Notes: generated by a model from the sequence alone, not told the origin. A stretch of 64,000 nucleotides of DNA from Octopus vulgaris (GCA_951406725.2 OX597820.1:107260001-107324000); one strand, 5' to 3'; positions 13,320 to 26,250 are shown, counted from the stretch's first letter. Made by a program: numbers and translations.

Positions 13320-13972
13320 TCCTTTGCCTCAACATTCTGCTCAGTCGTTTCCAGCTGGCACACCGATGCAGACCTGAACGCTCCATTGTGGACATGGTCA
13401 AACAGAATCGGGTCTTCTAGTTCTTACTTTGATAGGATATTTGTTAGAGTTAAAGAAAAAAACTTAGTCAGGTGTCCACAATTCTACATCGTCAGCTACG
13501 GTGATCACAAATTGGCGACCTGTAAGCTTGAATTAGATAGTTTGTGTAGACAGGGACCCGGTTACTGAAAGCTAAACAGGTCACTTTTGGACTGAGGCGT
13601 ACAAGAGCTAGATTAGAGAGTTAGTGATGAGGGTATTAACCGGTTCCATTATCAACAACAAATGGTGGTATGCCCTTAAAAGTTTGAGTTTATGGTGGTA
13701 TGCCATTAAGTTTGAGTCTATTACATTTAGTAAAGAGCTAGTCAATACGAAAAAAATAGATTTGAAAGGGCTTTAGTTAAAGCTCTAGAGAAGACATTTA
13801 GGTTTGGCTGTGTATCCCAAGTTTTAGCAACGAGATTGGAGGTCAACCAACACCTTGAGGCTAAAAACGAGGGATGCATTGTTAGAGCAAAGTTACGTGC
13901 AATAGGACAGGTGGGAATCAACGCGACTGGATGGGCTCGTGCGGTAGAGGCCCAGCGTGGCAATGATCGTGA
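13320..13972 (+). pseudogene. L1/Tx1-like LINE ORF2 fragment (end of APE endonuclease plus linker)
   Basis: LWTWSNRIGSSSSYFDRIFV...SYGDHKL resembles the APE TW...SR.DRIF...SDH motifs; HLEAKNEGCIVRAKLR resembles the L1/Tx1 linker. Stops intervene. Confidence 0.7.
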
Positions 13973-13985
13973 GAATATATATATA

Positions 13986-14225
13986 GTAAAGCGAATAGCC
14001 ACACCAAAGTGGGAGGTGAATGTTACTACTAGTTTAATCCCAGGCGAGTTCTCCGCCAGCTGGTTTTCGGAGCAAGCTCTGCACCCTCTCTCTCTATATA
14101 TATATTGTATATATCATATATAAAGGGTTCAGAGCTAGCAATGAAAACCAGCTGGCGGAGAATCCACCTGGGGTTAAACTAGTAGTAGCATTCATCTGTC
14201 ACTTTGATATGGCTACTCGCTTTAC
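13986..14225. repeat. imperfect inverted repeat with about 100-bp arms and a TA-rich loop
   Basis: gtaaagcgaatagcca...ttctccgccagctggtttt is mirrored by aaaaccagctggcggagaa...tggctactcgctttac. Confidence 0.8.
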
Positions 14226-14325
14226 CGTTTAGTATACGTTATTACTCTATCTTTTCTTGAGATTTTAGAACTAGCTATTTTGCTTGTTATATATACATAC
14301 ATACATGCATGCATACATACATACA

Positions 14326-14421
<96 letters not shown>

Positions 14422-15794
14422 CGAAATGTACAGCTTTATGTAGCCATCACGGCTGATCTTATCAATCGGTTTCGCACTAGAGGTACGATGGAGTGTTAGG
14501 TAACAATCTGATTATATAATCCTAAGTTCATCAGAGTAGCTGATATGGAATGAAATATTGCGACTGCTCACTATTGTTGGAGGTTGTAGAGTGTTTGTCT
14601 ATGTGCAACACAAGCGTGTGTCTGTGAGTGCGTACAGAATAATAAAGAACAATAGAAAATGAGTCTCTCAGGATAAATGAATGTTTAGACAAGATGTTCA
14701 TAAATACCAGTTCGGTGTGAGTCACATTATAGCAGAGGTTCTGTAACAGAGAAATTGGTGGCAAAGTGGAGAGCCGGTTGAATACATGTCGTGTAGCAGT
14801 TGAGGCATCAATCCTATGCCAGGTTACTTTGGCACAGAAAGTTCTCGCAGGTAGACTAGAGCTGTTAACGTTGGTGAATATTCACAACAGCGTGAAGTTA
14901 AGCCTAGAGCGGTGTTGCTGCGTGCTTATTGATGAAGACGACGGTGGTGAAAGTGGAGAAAGCTGAGTCGCTGGAACTGGCTGTCTGCTCTGTGGTCAGA
15001 GGTTAGTCGTAAGAAGGACTAGAACCAAAGAGGAATGATTCAAAGGATCGCTGGGTTTTATAACATTCTAGAGGCTCCAGAAGAAAATCTAAAAGACTGT
15101 GTCACGGGACCTAATCAGAAGGTTGTGATTGGTTTGTTTACACATTGGCTCGAAATAAAGCAAGAGATAAAACTGCACCAAAACCAACCAATCAGAGTAG
15201 CTGACACAACTGGTCCTAAGCAACCGAAGGATGGCTGCTCTCTGCCACGACATTATTTGTATGATGTCTCTCAAACAGTGAGGATATCACCGAGGTACGC
15301 TACAAGGTGAAAGGACACATTCGGTTTGCTGTTGCTGTGAAACGATGATGAAACGAACCGGGTAGGAGGATTTAGGTAAGAGTTATGTCCCTTGATACCG
15401 AGACCGAGACATCTCTACTGGGTTGGTTACACTGTAGGTCGGTAAGAGTTATCATGAAGTGTTTGTGGAAACTGTGTGCGTCTTTCGGGTTGGTGTTCTT
15501 GTTGGAATGGGATATGTGTAGTGGTATTGTATGTGTAACTTTTGCAGGGTGTGTAGGCATCCATTGATGTGTTCGCTAGTGTGTTTTCCTTCTCTATTGG
15601 TTAAGGTTGTGGGGGCTTTATGTGTACATGTAGTGTGTTTAGGAGTACAATGTGTGTGTGTGGAGTTATGTTAGTGATGGTGGGGCGTGCGTGTTTGTAT
15701 GAGGGTGCGTTGGTAAATGCTATGGTCAAACTCTTTGCCAGACTCCAGAGTATTGGTGGAGAGCCGAGACTGGGGGACTGTAGTCATGATGGGG

Positions 15795-16019
15795 CACGCA
15801 GGTATCTTAGGATGTACTTCCTTTCATGTGGGCAAGGATTAAACACTTCACTTCTACCGTTCAGGTAAATGCCTGTGTGCTCTCTAAAATCACTCTTTCT
15901 CAGCCAGATACAACTTGCAACGTGTATGTAGGTGCAACCGAAGGCCCCTTCAGAACCCACTTTAACAACAACAAGTGCTCCTCTAACATCCCGGAGAGAC
16001 ACAGCTTTGTTTCACAACA

Positions 16020-16085
<66 letters not shown>

Positions 16086-16239
16086 CTAATTTGTGTGTAT
16101 ATATATATATATATATAAAAGTCCATAAGCCAGGAAAAAGATAGGGTGGGTATATTATTCTGCTGCTATTGAAGTGTGGTTTACATTTCTCCACTATCTT
16201 CCACTTTATGCTGTACTCGGTGGCGCTTTGTTTCAAAGA

Positions 16240-16245
<6 letters not shown>
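15795..16245. pseudogene. rearranged fragments of a Penelope-like element GIY-YIG endonuclease
   Basis: Plus strand: YVGATEGPFRTHFNNNKCS (about 15870-16020). Minus strand: IWSLKQSATEYSIKWKIVEKCKP (16245-16150) and LNGRSEVFNPCPHERKYIL (15865-15805). Confidence 0.75.
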
Positions 16246-16306
<61 letters not shown>

Positions 16307-16312
16307 CTAATT

Positions 16313-16351
<39 letters not shown>

Positions 16352-16354
<3 letters not shown>

Positions 16355-16712
16355 GAGGCGCATTGGCCCAGTGGTTAGGGCAGCGGACTCGCGGTCATAG
16401 GATCGCGGTTTCGATTCCCAGACCGGGCATTTTGAGTGTTTATTGAGCGAAAACACCTAAAAGCTCCACGAGGCTCCGGCAGGGGATGGTGGTGATCCCT
16501 GCTGTACTCTTTCACCACAACTTTCTCTCACTCTTACTTCCTGTTTCTGTTGTACCTGTATTTCAAAGGGCCGGCCTTGTCACTCTCTGTGTCACGCTGA
16601 ATATCCCCGAGAACTACGTTAAGGGTACACGTGTCTGTGGAGTGCTCAGCCACTTACACGTTAATTTCACGTTAATTTCCGTTGATTCGATCAACCGGAA
16701 CCCTCGTCGTCT
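16352..16712 (+). mobile_element. tRNA-derived SINE
   Basis: Head TGGCCCAGTGGTTAGG...GGTTTCGATTCCC (A and B boxes). Related reverse copies at about 33845-34454 and 34460-34782. Confidence 0.85.
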
Positions 16713-16817
16713 GTTCCGTTGATTCGGACTTGATCAATCGCGGTTTCGAACCCTGTGTCGTTTATTCGTAGCTCCACGACAGGGGAGTACTCTTTCACCC
16801 TCTACATATATATATGA

Positions 16818-16891
<74 letters not shown>

Positions 16892-16892
<1 letters not shown>

Positions 16893-17515
16893 CTCTTATG
16901 AGTAAAGGCAGATTTTCTCTATGTTGGAACTCCTGTAATGCTACTCCGCAATCTGGAACCACCAAGACTTTGCAATGGAACACGACTGGTGATAAAGAAA
17001 ATGATATCACACGTTATCGAGGCGATCATTCTTTCTGGATGTGGAAAAGGTGATGACGTCTTTATTCCAAGATTTCCTCTTACTCCATCAGGAGCAGAAA
17101 TTCCATTTACATTCAGAAGACTGCAATTACCCCTTCGTGTCAGCTTTGCCATGTCCATTAACAAATCTCAGGGTCAAACCCTCTCTGTAGCTAGTCTTCT
17201 CTTGGAAGAGCCCTGCTTCTCGCATAGGCAACTGTATGTTGGCTGCTCAAGAGTAGGAACCAAAAGAAACCTTTTTGTATATGCTCCACAAGGAAAAACA
17301 AGGAACATTGTTTTACAACGAGGTGTTATAATCTCAACAGCCAGGAGGTATATACATGATCCCCCTTTTATTTAACAAACTTCATGTACTTTCATGTATT
17401 TATATTAATATACATATATTTGTGTGTGTGTGTATGTGTATCCATATATATATATAACAGAAAAGTCTAATTCTTCTATTGAATGTAACCGGGCAACGCC
17501 GGGTATCTCTGCTAG
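16892..17515 (+). mobile_element. Helitron deletion derivative retaining the C-terminus of the PIF1-family helicase
   Basis: ORF 16938-17375 has LLRNL.PPRLCNGTRL, QLPLRVSFAMSINKSQGQTL and FSHRQLYVGCSRV. 3' hairpin ccgggcaacgccggg is followed by CTAG|T at 17512-17516; putative A|TC start at 16892. Confidence 0.9.
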
Positions 17516-17558
17516 TATATAATATATGTAATATATATAATATATATAATATATATAT

Positions 17559-17615
<57 letters not shown>

Positions 17616-17653
17616 GTATCAAATGAAATCAAAAACAGAACACAAAGGATGTC

Positions 17654-17744
17654 GCGGTACACGTGTTTCAAGCTTTATTAACGACATATTCTTACATCAG
17701 TGAATAATCGACATAACGGATGGTTTAAAGTTCTCTTCAGCCGC
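17654..17744 (-). ncRNA. hammerhead-ribozyme-like motif (Penelope type)
   Basis: Minus strand: gcgg-CTGAAGA-gaacttt...aaagctt-GAAAC-acgt-GTA-ccgc. Stem I gcgg/ccgc, palindromic stem III ACACGTGT. Confidence 0.6.
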
Positions 17745-18074
17745 ATGCAATATATATATAATATATATATCATATATATATATAATATATATATAATATA
17801 ATATTGAGATATATATAAGTAACTCATTTTTAACTGCATATTACCTCAATACGTCTGAATAATATAGGCACAATGAGATACCTTTATCTACAGGCTGAAG
17901 CAGCTGTAAGATCCATTTTATGTGTATTATTTTTATGGTATTATCTTACTTATTGATGTATATTGTTTTATTCTGTTGGATTTGGATGTTCCTATTTATG
18001 TAGTTAATGAATAATATGATATATATATATAATATATATTATATATTATATATATATAATATATATTATATATA

Positions 18075-18270
18075 TCTTTATATATAAAAGAGAGGTTGTG
18101 TGCTGTCTGTCTCCTACGATTTAGATTCCTAACTACTCACACATTTTGCGGTGCAGTTTAACCAAAACCGGGTATCTTATAGTCGTGATTCATATCGAGC
18201 CCTTCTGGGTATTAGCGCACGTCTACGATGAGTCTACGATTTAAAAAAAAATTTACCATCAATTTTCCCC
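18075..18270 (+). mobile_element. probable 5' end of a non-autonomous Helitron
   Basis: A|TCTTTATATATAAAAG start within (TA)n, then gtctgtc; no matching 3' end identified. Confidence 0.4.
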
Positions 18271-19040
18271 ATTTTTGTAGGGTCCCGGGTTCGAGTTGAG
18301 CGACGGCAGGTTCGTAACAATACGTATACCTACGTATACATATAGATATGAACGTGTAACAAACGGAATTCACTGTTGCAAACATTCGGGCCATTTCTAG
18401 TTTGAGGATACCTCCCTCCGCCACTACTAGTCTTGGAAGCCTGTAAAGAAGCATGGGCACAGCCTTCCCGCCTGAGAAAAAAAATTTTAGAAAAATATCC
18501 CAGCTAAATTTTTGTCTAGTAATTGCATAGATAATCTCGAATTAAAATTTTTCAACATACTCGTCCACTCCCGACTCATCAATTCATTTGGCCATTTCAC
18601 CTCTATAAGTCTAAAGCAGATTAAAAAGATGCTTAAATCGTCACAAAATCTGTTTATTTCACATATCCCTGAATGTTGGTTGTGTTTAAATATCAGTTTT
18701 GAGAGCAGATAAAAATCACCAAAAGCCGAAAGTACTTTTTCTTCTTTCTTCTGACCGTAGCTGATAATGGAATAATATTGAACAGAGTACGAAAAAATAA
18801 ATAGCTTACAGAATTTCTCTTCACACTTATCATCAGTTAGGAGGCAAGGTGAGGTTAAGAACTGAGGGTTAAGGGGAGGCAGTGACGAATGAGAGCAGAA
18901 GTTCAAGCTGGTTGATTAGAAAGAGACCAAATACGGTGGTAGTTTGTCAAAGTTTTTAAGCGGAACAGATGCTATAGGTCTTAAGTGGGAAAAGGTTAAT
19001 CAAATCGACTGTTAGCAGTGAGTGATAATGAGTAGTAGTG

Positions 19041-19095
<55 letters not shown>

Positions 19096-20040
19096 GGATC
19101 TTTTCTTTTTGAAGGCCAGATTTTCCTAGTTAACTAAAAAATTTGAAACTTCGTATACTGGTAGAATGTGTCAAAAGAAAACATTATTGTAAACAAAATT
19201 GAAAACAAAATGGTAATTTGTAACTTAAACGTAGTTTAATTTTTACGAATTTTAACCAATGAAATCCCAACATTGCTGCGTTATCGATATTTATAAAGAA
19301 ATATAGCAAACGCACGACACACACGACACACACATTTGCACAAGCGCATAGTAATTAATATATAAGCGTACACACACATACAAACTGACATATACATACA
19401 CACACATACGCACACAAGCAAAAATACACGTTCGTGTTTTGCCACTTGCCGCAACAAATTTGCACAGAAGCTGGGGTGGGGTCAATGTTTCATCGTTTCG
19501 GGGTCGATAAATTAAGTACCAATTACGCACTGGTGTCGAGGATTTTTTCCCAATTTATATCACAGCTTCCGACAAGCTGGGGGCATCCTTTTATGAAAAA
19601 ATATTTCGCAAATTTTAACAATACTACTAACACTCCACGCGCAAACTCGAGAGCGATTTAGGCATATTATTGTTTTGTTTTTGTTGTTTCTGGCCCTTCA
19701 AAACTATGGGAGAAGCCTTTTCGGTAAAAAAAAAAATAAAGAAAATATTCAAAAAATATCGTCAATATTTTTATTGGGCGACGAAATTAATCGATTTAAG
19801 AGATATAGCTGTTATTTCTAGCACATGTAGAAGACAGAAGAAGAGGTAAATAATTTGAGCTCGAATGCTGCGATTTCATTGGTTAAAATTCTTAAAATTA
19901 AACTACGTTTAAGTTACGAATTACAATTTTTTTTCAATTTTGTTTACAATAATGTTTTCTTTTGACACATTCTACCAGTATACGAAGTTTCAAATTTTTT
20001 AGTTAACTAGGAAAATCTGGCCTTCAAAAAGAAAAGATCC
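19096..20040. mobile_element. GGATC-ended foldback element with 8-bp TSD AGTAGTAG
   Basis: About 180-bp inverted arms (ggatcttttctttttgaaggccag.../...ctggccttcaaaaagaaaagatcc), inserted in an (AGT)n tract; interior includes a SINE fragment. Confidence 0.88.
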
Positions 20041-20989
20041 AGTAGTAGTAGTAGTGATGGCTATGATGATGATAATGGTAAAAGGAAAGTGATGATTCTG
20101 CAGAAGCAACGTATGTTGTCTAGCCTCGGATCAAACCTGCTTGAGCATACTTACGACGAACATTGTTCTAGCAGGAACCATCGCTTTATTGTATTTAGGA
20201 ATACATTAGCTTCTACTTCGAACCATTTTTCTCTTTTCCTTTATTTTATTCTTTTTCATACGACATTGTGTAATTTCAGCGGGGGTTAGCTGATATTTCT
20301 AACAGGTCGAACGATGACGTGGAATCTTTGTTGATTCGAGCAGATGATGTGGTGTAAGCGATGCTGGCTACAGTAAGACCTGTAGTACTTGTTTACTGTT
20401 AGACGTATGAAGTAATGAATGTGTAACAGGGATTCGAACCCTAACCGTTAGCTATTTGGTAGGGGCACCACGAGTAAGCCACCATAGTTTCACGTGATTG
20501 ATATATATATATAGTTCTAATATATATATAGTTCAAAAATGTAATCTCTTCCTTCCATAAGAACCGTTTGACGCCTAACTCAGGGCGCAGAGACCCTCAG
20601 ACGGCTCGCAGACCACTAATGTCAAAGATCCTTTCGGAGATTTGCGCGGATGACTTTCTTGTCTTCTGGGGGGGGGGGGAGGGGTTGACCGCATGTCACA
20701 CAGATAGTTTTCTATATTTTCAGATCAGTTTTTCTCTCTCTTCCATCGGCAATTGTTAATGTTGTTCACTGTAAATAACCAACAACAAAATATCATGATG
20801 TTCAAGTTAAACGTTCGTGAGTTTGTACCGGTTATTATTCTCGCAGCCAACAACAACATCCACATGTACACTTTACACAATGTTGACAAAGCCACCCACT
20901 TCGGTAATGGTGACATATACTTCCGAAGTATATCTTAATTGACCAGCTCAACTCAGTCTCAAGCAGATCTTGCGACAAAGCAAGACAGA

Positions 20990-21026
<37 letters not shown>

Positions 21027-21229
21027 TGCGTGTGCGTGTGTGTGTGTGCATACATGCATATGTATATAACATGGTTTTGACTGATTGCATTCAATAGGAA
21101 TTACTTGATAATTTTCGTTAAGCAGAAATGTTTAGATACAAATTACAAGTCTCAGAAGTATTTCAGCGTGTGGATGGGATACTAGACTGATGAAAAATAG
21201 CGAAAGAGAAAAAAATTAATTGCGGCAGC

Positions 21230-22005
21230 AGATCTTTTCCTTTTGAACGGTAGTTTTCAACATAATTTCTAGTTAACTAAACACTTTTAAACTTCGTATA
21301 CTGGTAGAATGTGTCAAAATAAAACATTTTTTTTCTTTTGGCTTTCTTGAGAAAATTGTAATTTGTAAGTTTAACGTAGTTTAATTTTTCGAATTTTAAC
21401 CAATCCTATGGCCTCTATTGAGCTAAAATCATTTGCTGCGTCTAAAACTGAGACAACATCCTGTCACTAACCCTAACTCTCACCCTAACCCTAACCCTAA
21501 ATTTTAGCCTTTCGTTTTTTTTTTTCTTAATTGTTAAATTAACAAGAAAAAAAAACGAAAGGCTAAAACGAAAGCAATGGTAAATAATTTTAATTTAACA
21601 ATTAAAAAGAAAACGAAAGGCTAAAACGAAAGAAAAAACTCAAAACAAAAATAAAACGAATAATTTTAGACACACGCGTAACAATTAAATTAATTTAACA
21701 ATTAAGAAAAAATAAACGAAAGGCTAAAATTTAGGGTTAGGGTTAGAATTAGGGTGAGGGTTAGGGTTAGTGACAGGATGTTGTCTCTGTTTTAGACGTA
21801 GCAAATTATTTTAGCTCAATAGAGGCCATAGGATTGGTTAAAATTCGAAAAATTAAACTACGTTAAACTTACAAATTACAATTTTCTCAAGAAAGCCAAG
21901 AGAAAAAATGTTATATTTTGACACATTCTACCAGTATACGAAGTTTAAAAGTGTTTAGTTAACTAGAAATTATGTTGAAAACTGCCGTTCAAAAGGAAAA
22001 GATCC
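21230..22005. mobile_element. near-perfect foldback element with internal telomere-like repeats and 8-bp TSD GCGGCAGC
   Basis: Arms of about 320 bp; (CCCTAA)n at about 21468-21500 and (TTAGGG)n at about 21731-21770; TSD at 21222-21229 and 22006-22013. Confidence 0.92.
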
Positions 22006-23059
22006 GCGGCAGCTATTCCGAAGGAATGATGGTAGTGGTGGGGAGCTGAGAAATTTGAAAAACATTTTTATAATAAAAGCGATTTACAAGTGTTTCGCAG
22101 TATGAGATGCAATAAAATGTCGTAAAATTCCCAGTGGTTAAAAAAAAATTCTGTTTTACTCGAGGTAGTTATTCCGAAAGCCTGCTGGTGAATAGATTTA
22201 CGATAGTTTAACATCTCTCCGTGCGTTCAACTACTGTTTCCATACGTAAATATCAAACCAACTTATACAACCATGTCTGGGGTTTGTTAAATCGCTCTAA
22301 ATATTCATAGTTTGATGTAACAACAGAGACAATAGATCAGAATGCAAGTCAACTGGAGGTTTGTATCCCGAGCCACTTCAAAGGTACTGATCATCATCAT
22401 TGCCATCGTCGTATAATTTAACTACATGACCACTAATACTGAAGACAACAACAGAAACTGTGTAAGTTACATAAGAAACCAATAAACACAAGGTGTACCT
22501 TTTTCGATGCTGTTTGTTCGTTGCAAACGTACTAACGATTATTTTTATCTTTAAAAGAAGCGCCATATCCATCACTAACAAGCATGTATGAGCTGGTGGC
22601 AGATACCATGCTTTCGCTAATTGTTTTAGGTACCTATGTAGTCCTGAGAAGACATAGAAACCGTCTAGGGCCCTCGCACCCTTGACCCTGCGTAACATTG
22701 AGGGTGTGACAGATGGAAGGAAAAAGAGTTGAAACTCATTTACAACTGAATGGACTGGAGCAACGTGAGATGAAGTGTTCAAGGATACAACATGCTACCT
22801 TGTTCAGGAATTGAAATCACGACCATATGATCGGGAGTCTAACATCCTAACCAGTAGTCCACGAACCTTCTCGACGATTTGCGTATAATTTTTATAAAGA
22901 CCCGAAAAACTTTCGAGGCTAGTTCAGTTTCGTGCCTCCATTGCTCAAACACTTTTGATTTACATCCAACTAAAATGGCTATTAATTTTATAAAACAAAT
23001 GATTTAAAGAAGACTGAGAATAAAGATCAATGGTTATTTGACTTCCAAATTAACGAAAT

Positions 23060-23380
23060 ATTTCGGCACCAAAACCTCTGAATCTGAGAGATATTTTTAG
23101 ATCACATCACTTGTTCCTTTTGTAACCTTAGACTCATCTTTCGCACACAGTCACGTGAGCCCCAGTCTTGTATGTTTACTGTCCACTGACCCAATTTACA
23201 AAATTTCTCCACTGGTTAACGGTTCTATATTCAATATTATCCAAGTTGTTATATGCTGACCACGTATCCGATAAAATGAAGCAATGCCGATAATCTGGAA
23301 GAAAGCCTTGATACTTCTATCCTAAACAGGAATCAAAAATTATATTCCTTCAAAACATATATCCGATATAAGAACAGTGG
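23060..23380 (-). pseudogene. decayed Merlin/IS1595-like DDE transposase
   Basis: FLIPV*DRS ... FILSDTWSAYNNLDNIEYRTVNQWRNFVNWVSGQ*TYKTGLT*LCAK resembles the Merlin pattern F.VPV.DRS...I.SD.W.AY..L...Y...VNHS..FV....G.HT..IE..W...K (from memory). Confidence 0.7.
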
Positions 23381-24029
23381 GCCAGGCTTAGTTTTACTGA
23401 ATATGGAAGGAGATAATATGCTCTATTGCATACGTAAATTTCTCTTCTAAAACACGAGCAACTTAAAAATTCTAAAATCAGATTCTTGCGTCAGATTCAG
23501 TATCTATTGAGACATTTGTTTGTACTTGGGGAGAACTCATAAGTAAACTACAGTATAACGTCCATTGAGACTGCCATAATATGGAAAATATTTGTAAAGT
23601 AGACAACGCATCCATTAATACTCACTGGTTAATTCGAGCGTGAATCTGATCGTTGTTCTTTTTCGTCAGTATAAGGGGATTTCGAGAGACCGCAGTGTTT
23701 CGATCTCATCGTGCGTATACTCAGTCGAAGCTACCGATGAATCTGACAAGTGCACGAAACGAGGTCGAAACAGTGCGATATCTCAAAGTCTTCTAACACC
23801 GGTGAATCGCGTTGTGATAAATCCACATTTAAAGAGATGACGTGTTCTCCGCCGACGAAAAACAATAGCAATAAGATATTCACACTCGAATCTGCCAGAA
23901 TGTATTAAGAATGAATAGTTACGTTATTGTTTAGATTGTCACTGTTCTCCGTGCGTCCCATGAATTAATGAAATAGAGATCTTTGGGTCTTTTTTCTTTT
24001 TAATTTATACAAAATATTCATTTCAAATT

Positions 24030-24201
24030 TTGACACAGGTCAGTAATTTTGGGAGTGAGATTAGGTACTTATTTTATCGACCCCAAAAGGATGAAAGGTA
24101 AGTTCAACCTCAGCAGAATTTGAACACAGAACGTAAAGACGGACGAAACACCACTAAGCATTTTGCCCGGCGTGCTGACGATCCTGCCAGCTCGCCGCCT
24201 T
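24030..24201 (-). mobile_element. solo copy of the Meta-domain-like SINE; others at about 9085-9200, 33080-33475 and 59235-59460
   Basis: Same sequence blocks as the units of the 3621-7500 array. Confidence 0.8.
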
Positions 24202-25654
24202 AATTTGTACAAAATGTCGTCTCGAAAACTAGGAAGCGTTTTATCTTCCATTGAAAGATGAGTTCTTATCTTGATAAACAAAAGGAAAATAGATATTCAA
24301 AGAACACAAAACATACTTATAGGATATCTGCTTTAAAAACACGTGGAAAACTCATTAACACTTCTAATGAACAAAACAGTTGCTGAAAGCGGGGTTTTTT
24401 TTCTTTTCTTTTTTGTGAGTGTGTCTGAGATTTCTACAGTCTGTCGTTAAGTCTATTAAAACAGTCTTGGCGGTAAAAGTACAAAATCATGAACTAGCCA
24501 TTACCCTCAACGCATTTCTGATCAACACAAATATGTTTATCAAATAGATATCTTTATTGTTGCAGCAGCAGCAGTTAGGGTTAGTAGTAGTAGTAGTAGC
24601 AGCAGCAGCAGCAAATGTAGTTATTATTTTCTCTTAATTTTCTTCTCGTTGTTAATGTTGTTGCTGTTAAGCTTGGTGACACCATTGGCTTATTTTGACG
24701 AAGCCATATCGTTTACAACATGTGGAGAGAAATATACCAATTTAATGCTGGTGCTTTTCCAAGTGTATAAGTGATGTAAATGAAATTAAAGTGCACTAAC
24801 CGTCAATTGAAGCATGATCACCTAGTTTTACACTTCTAGACGGTGGCGCTCATGCTGAAGCAACTGAACATGGATAAGTTAGAAACAATAGATTTATAAA
24901 TAACAACGAAATACAAATTCTAACAATCACCAGACATGTTTCAGAACTGTTTATTTTTTTTTTATTTTTTCGTATCTGTATTATTTATTGCATTTAATTT
25001 GGAATTGTTTTGTTTCTTTATTTCTTTATTTTTTTTATTTTTTGGTTTTAATTCAGAATATCTTAGTCCTTAAACTTATAACAACCAGAACAGAAGGAAA
25101 CCAAATTCTCGGAAGAAAACTTTATCTCTGACCAAATTTATATTGGTTCGTTCACAGATTCGCCGCCTGTTTATGATGCTTCCAATTGCTTAGCCTTATG
25201 AAAATATCGGGCAGAATATCGATCCAATATTGTATTAAACCACTTAGGGCAATTGAAATCTTTGTAAATCGATAAAGTTCGACTGATTGAAGTCATATTG
25301 CAGAGATGAAACGAATAATGAATTCTATTATAGCAAGAATCTAATTTGATATCTCCAGCACAATCTTCCGTTTAAATGAATAATTCAGCTTGTTCCGATG
25401 TAATACATATTTCATTTCTTTCATTTTGCCCAGTTTCCTAGAAAATTGAGTCTACGACCTGGTTTCAATTTCCAATTAGAAATATCTATCACTTAAATAA
25501 CTTACTTCAACACAAAATTGATTTCTCACTTAAAAAGTTTTGTAGGAGGAATGAGTACAGCTGATTAAATCGACATCAATATATTACTGATGGTAAAAGC
25601 AAAGTCAACTCCGATTATGTTTCTACACAGAACATTGAGAAACACAATATTGTT

Positions 25655-26250
25655 TTTTGTTCGTCCTTCGTTGTCAAAGATGACCAAGATTCAAACTGGC
25701 TTATATATCTGGTCTGCTAGATCCAAAGTTACCTGATGAGCCCCATCCAGGTCATGAATCTATCCTCACATGCAGGGCGCGTATGGAAGCGTGTGACACT
25801 TAGGGCTCAGGTAACTCTGGCTTTGCGGAGTGGCCGTTTCTTCTGGGCTGCAGCAACTCTTTTACTCTCATTGATTTGGGACATCATTGTAAATCAGACG
25901 CCACTTTTCGGGTTGGTTTGAGATTAGCAGCTCATAACAGTAAAACCACATAGGTGAGGTCTTTTAGAATGTTTTAAAGATATCCTTTAACTCCTCTTTT
26001 ACCCCGTGTTTTCTTAACAGTGTTTGCCATAGAGAAGTTGCGTTGGAATGGTGGTCCGATATTAAATTGATATGCTTAGCCCATCTCACCCGCGCCTTCT
26101 GCAAGAGCGTATACAATTCTGGGATGTTCACCACTGAAACCTCTCAGTGTCAGGGATCTAGTCATGCCAGCAGATGTACGAAGACATTTTATGTAGCAAT
26201 GGCTGGGTAGTGTCGCATGTCTTCTACAGAATGTCCAAGAAAGAAACAAT
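25655..26250 (-). pseudogene. RTE-clade LINE 3' fragment
   Basis: Minus-strand pieces IPDTE, YTLLQKARVRWAKHI, QLLYG and KDIFKT are typical of RTE ORF2 C-termini; many frameshifts. Confidence 0.6.

Noticed and set aside
16352-16425. tRNA gene
   Set aside because: The tRNA-like head continues into a repeated SINE body, with no proper acceptor stem or terminator.
16670-16800. Compressed, collinear echo of the adjacent SINE
   Set aside because: Many short deletions beside (TA)n look like a consensus or assembly artefact; cannot be judged without reads.
16938-17375. Host PIF1 helicase gene
   Set aside because: Only the C-terminal motifs are present, there are no introns, and the ORF is bounded by Helitron termini.
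20421-20490. tRNA-like sequence on the minus strand (GGTTCGAATCCC)
   Set aside because: Only the B box is recognisable and no cloverleaf forms; probably a decayed SINE head.
21468-21770. Head-to-head telomere fusion site
   Set aside because: The short repeats lie inside a multicopy element with TIRs and a TSD, and the order is CCCTAA then TTAGGG, opposite to an end-to-end fusion.
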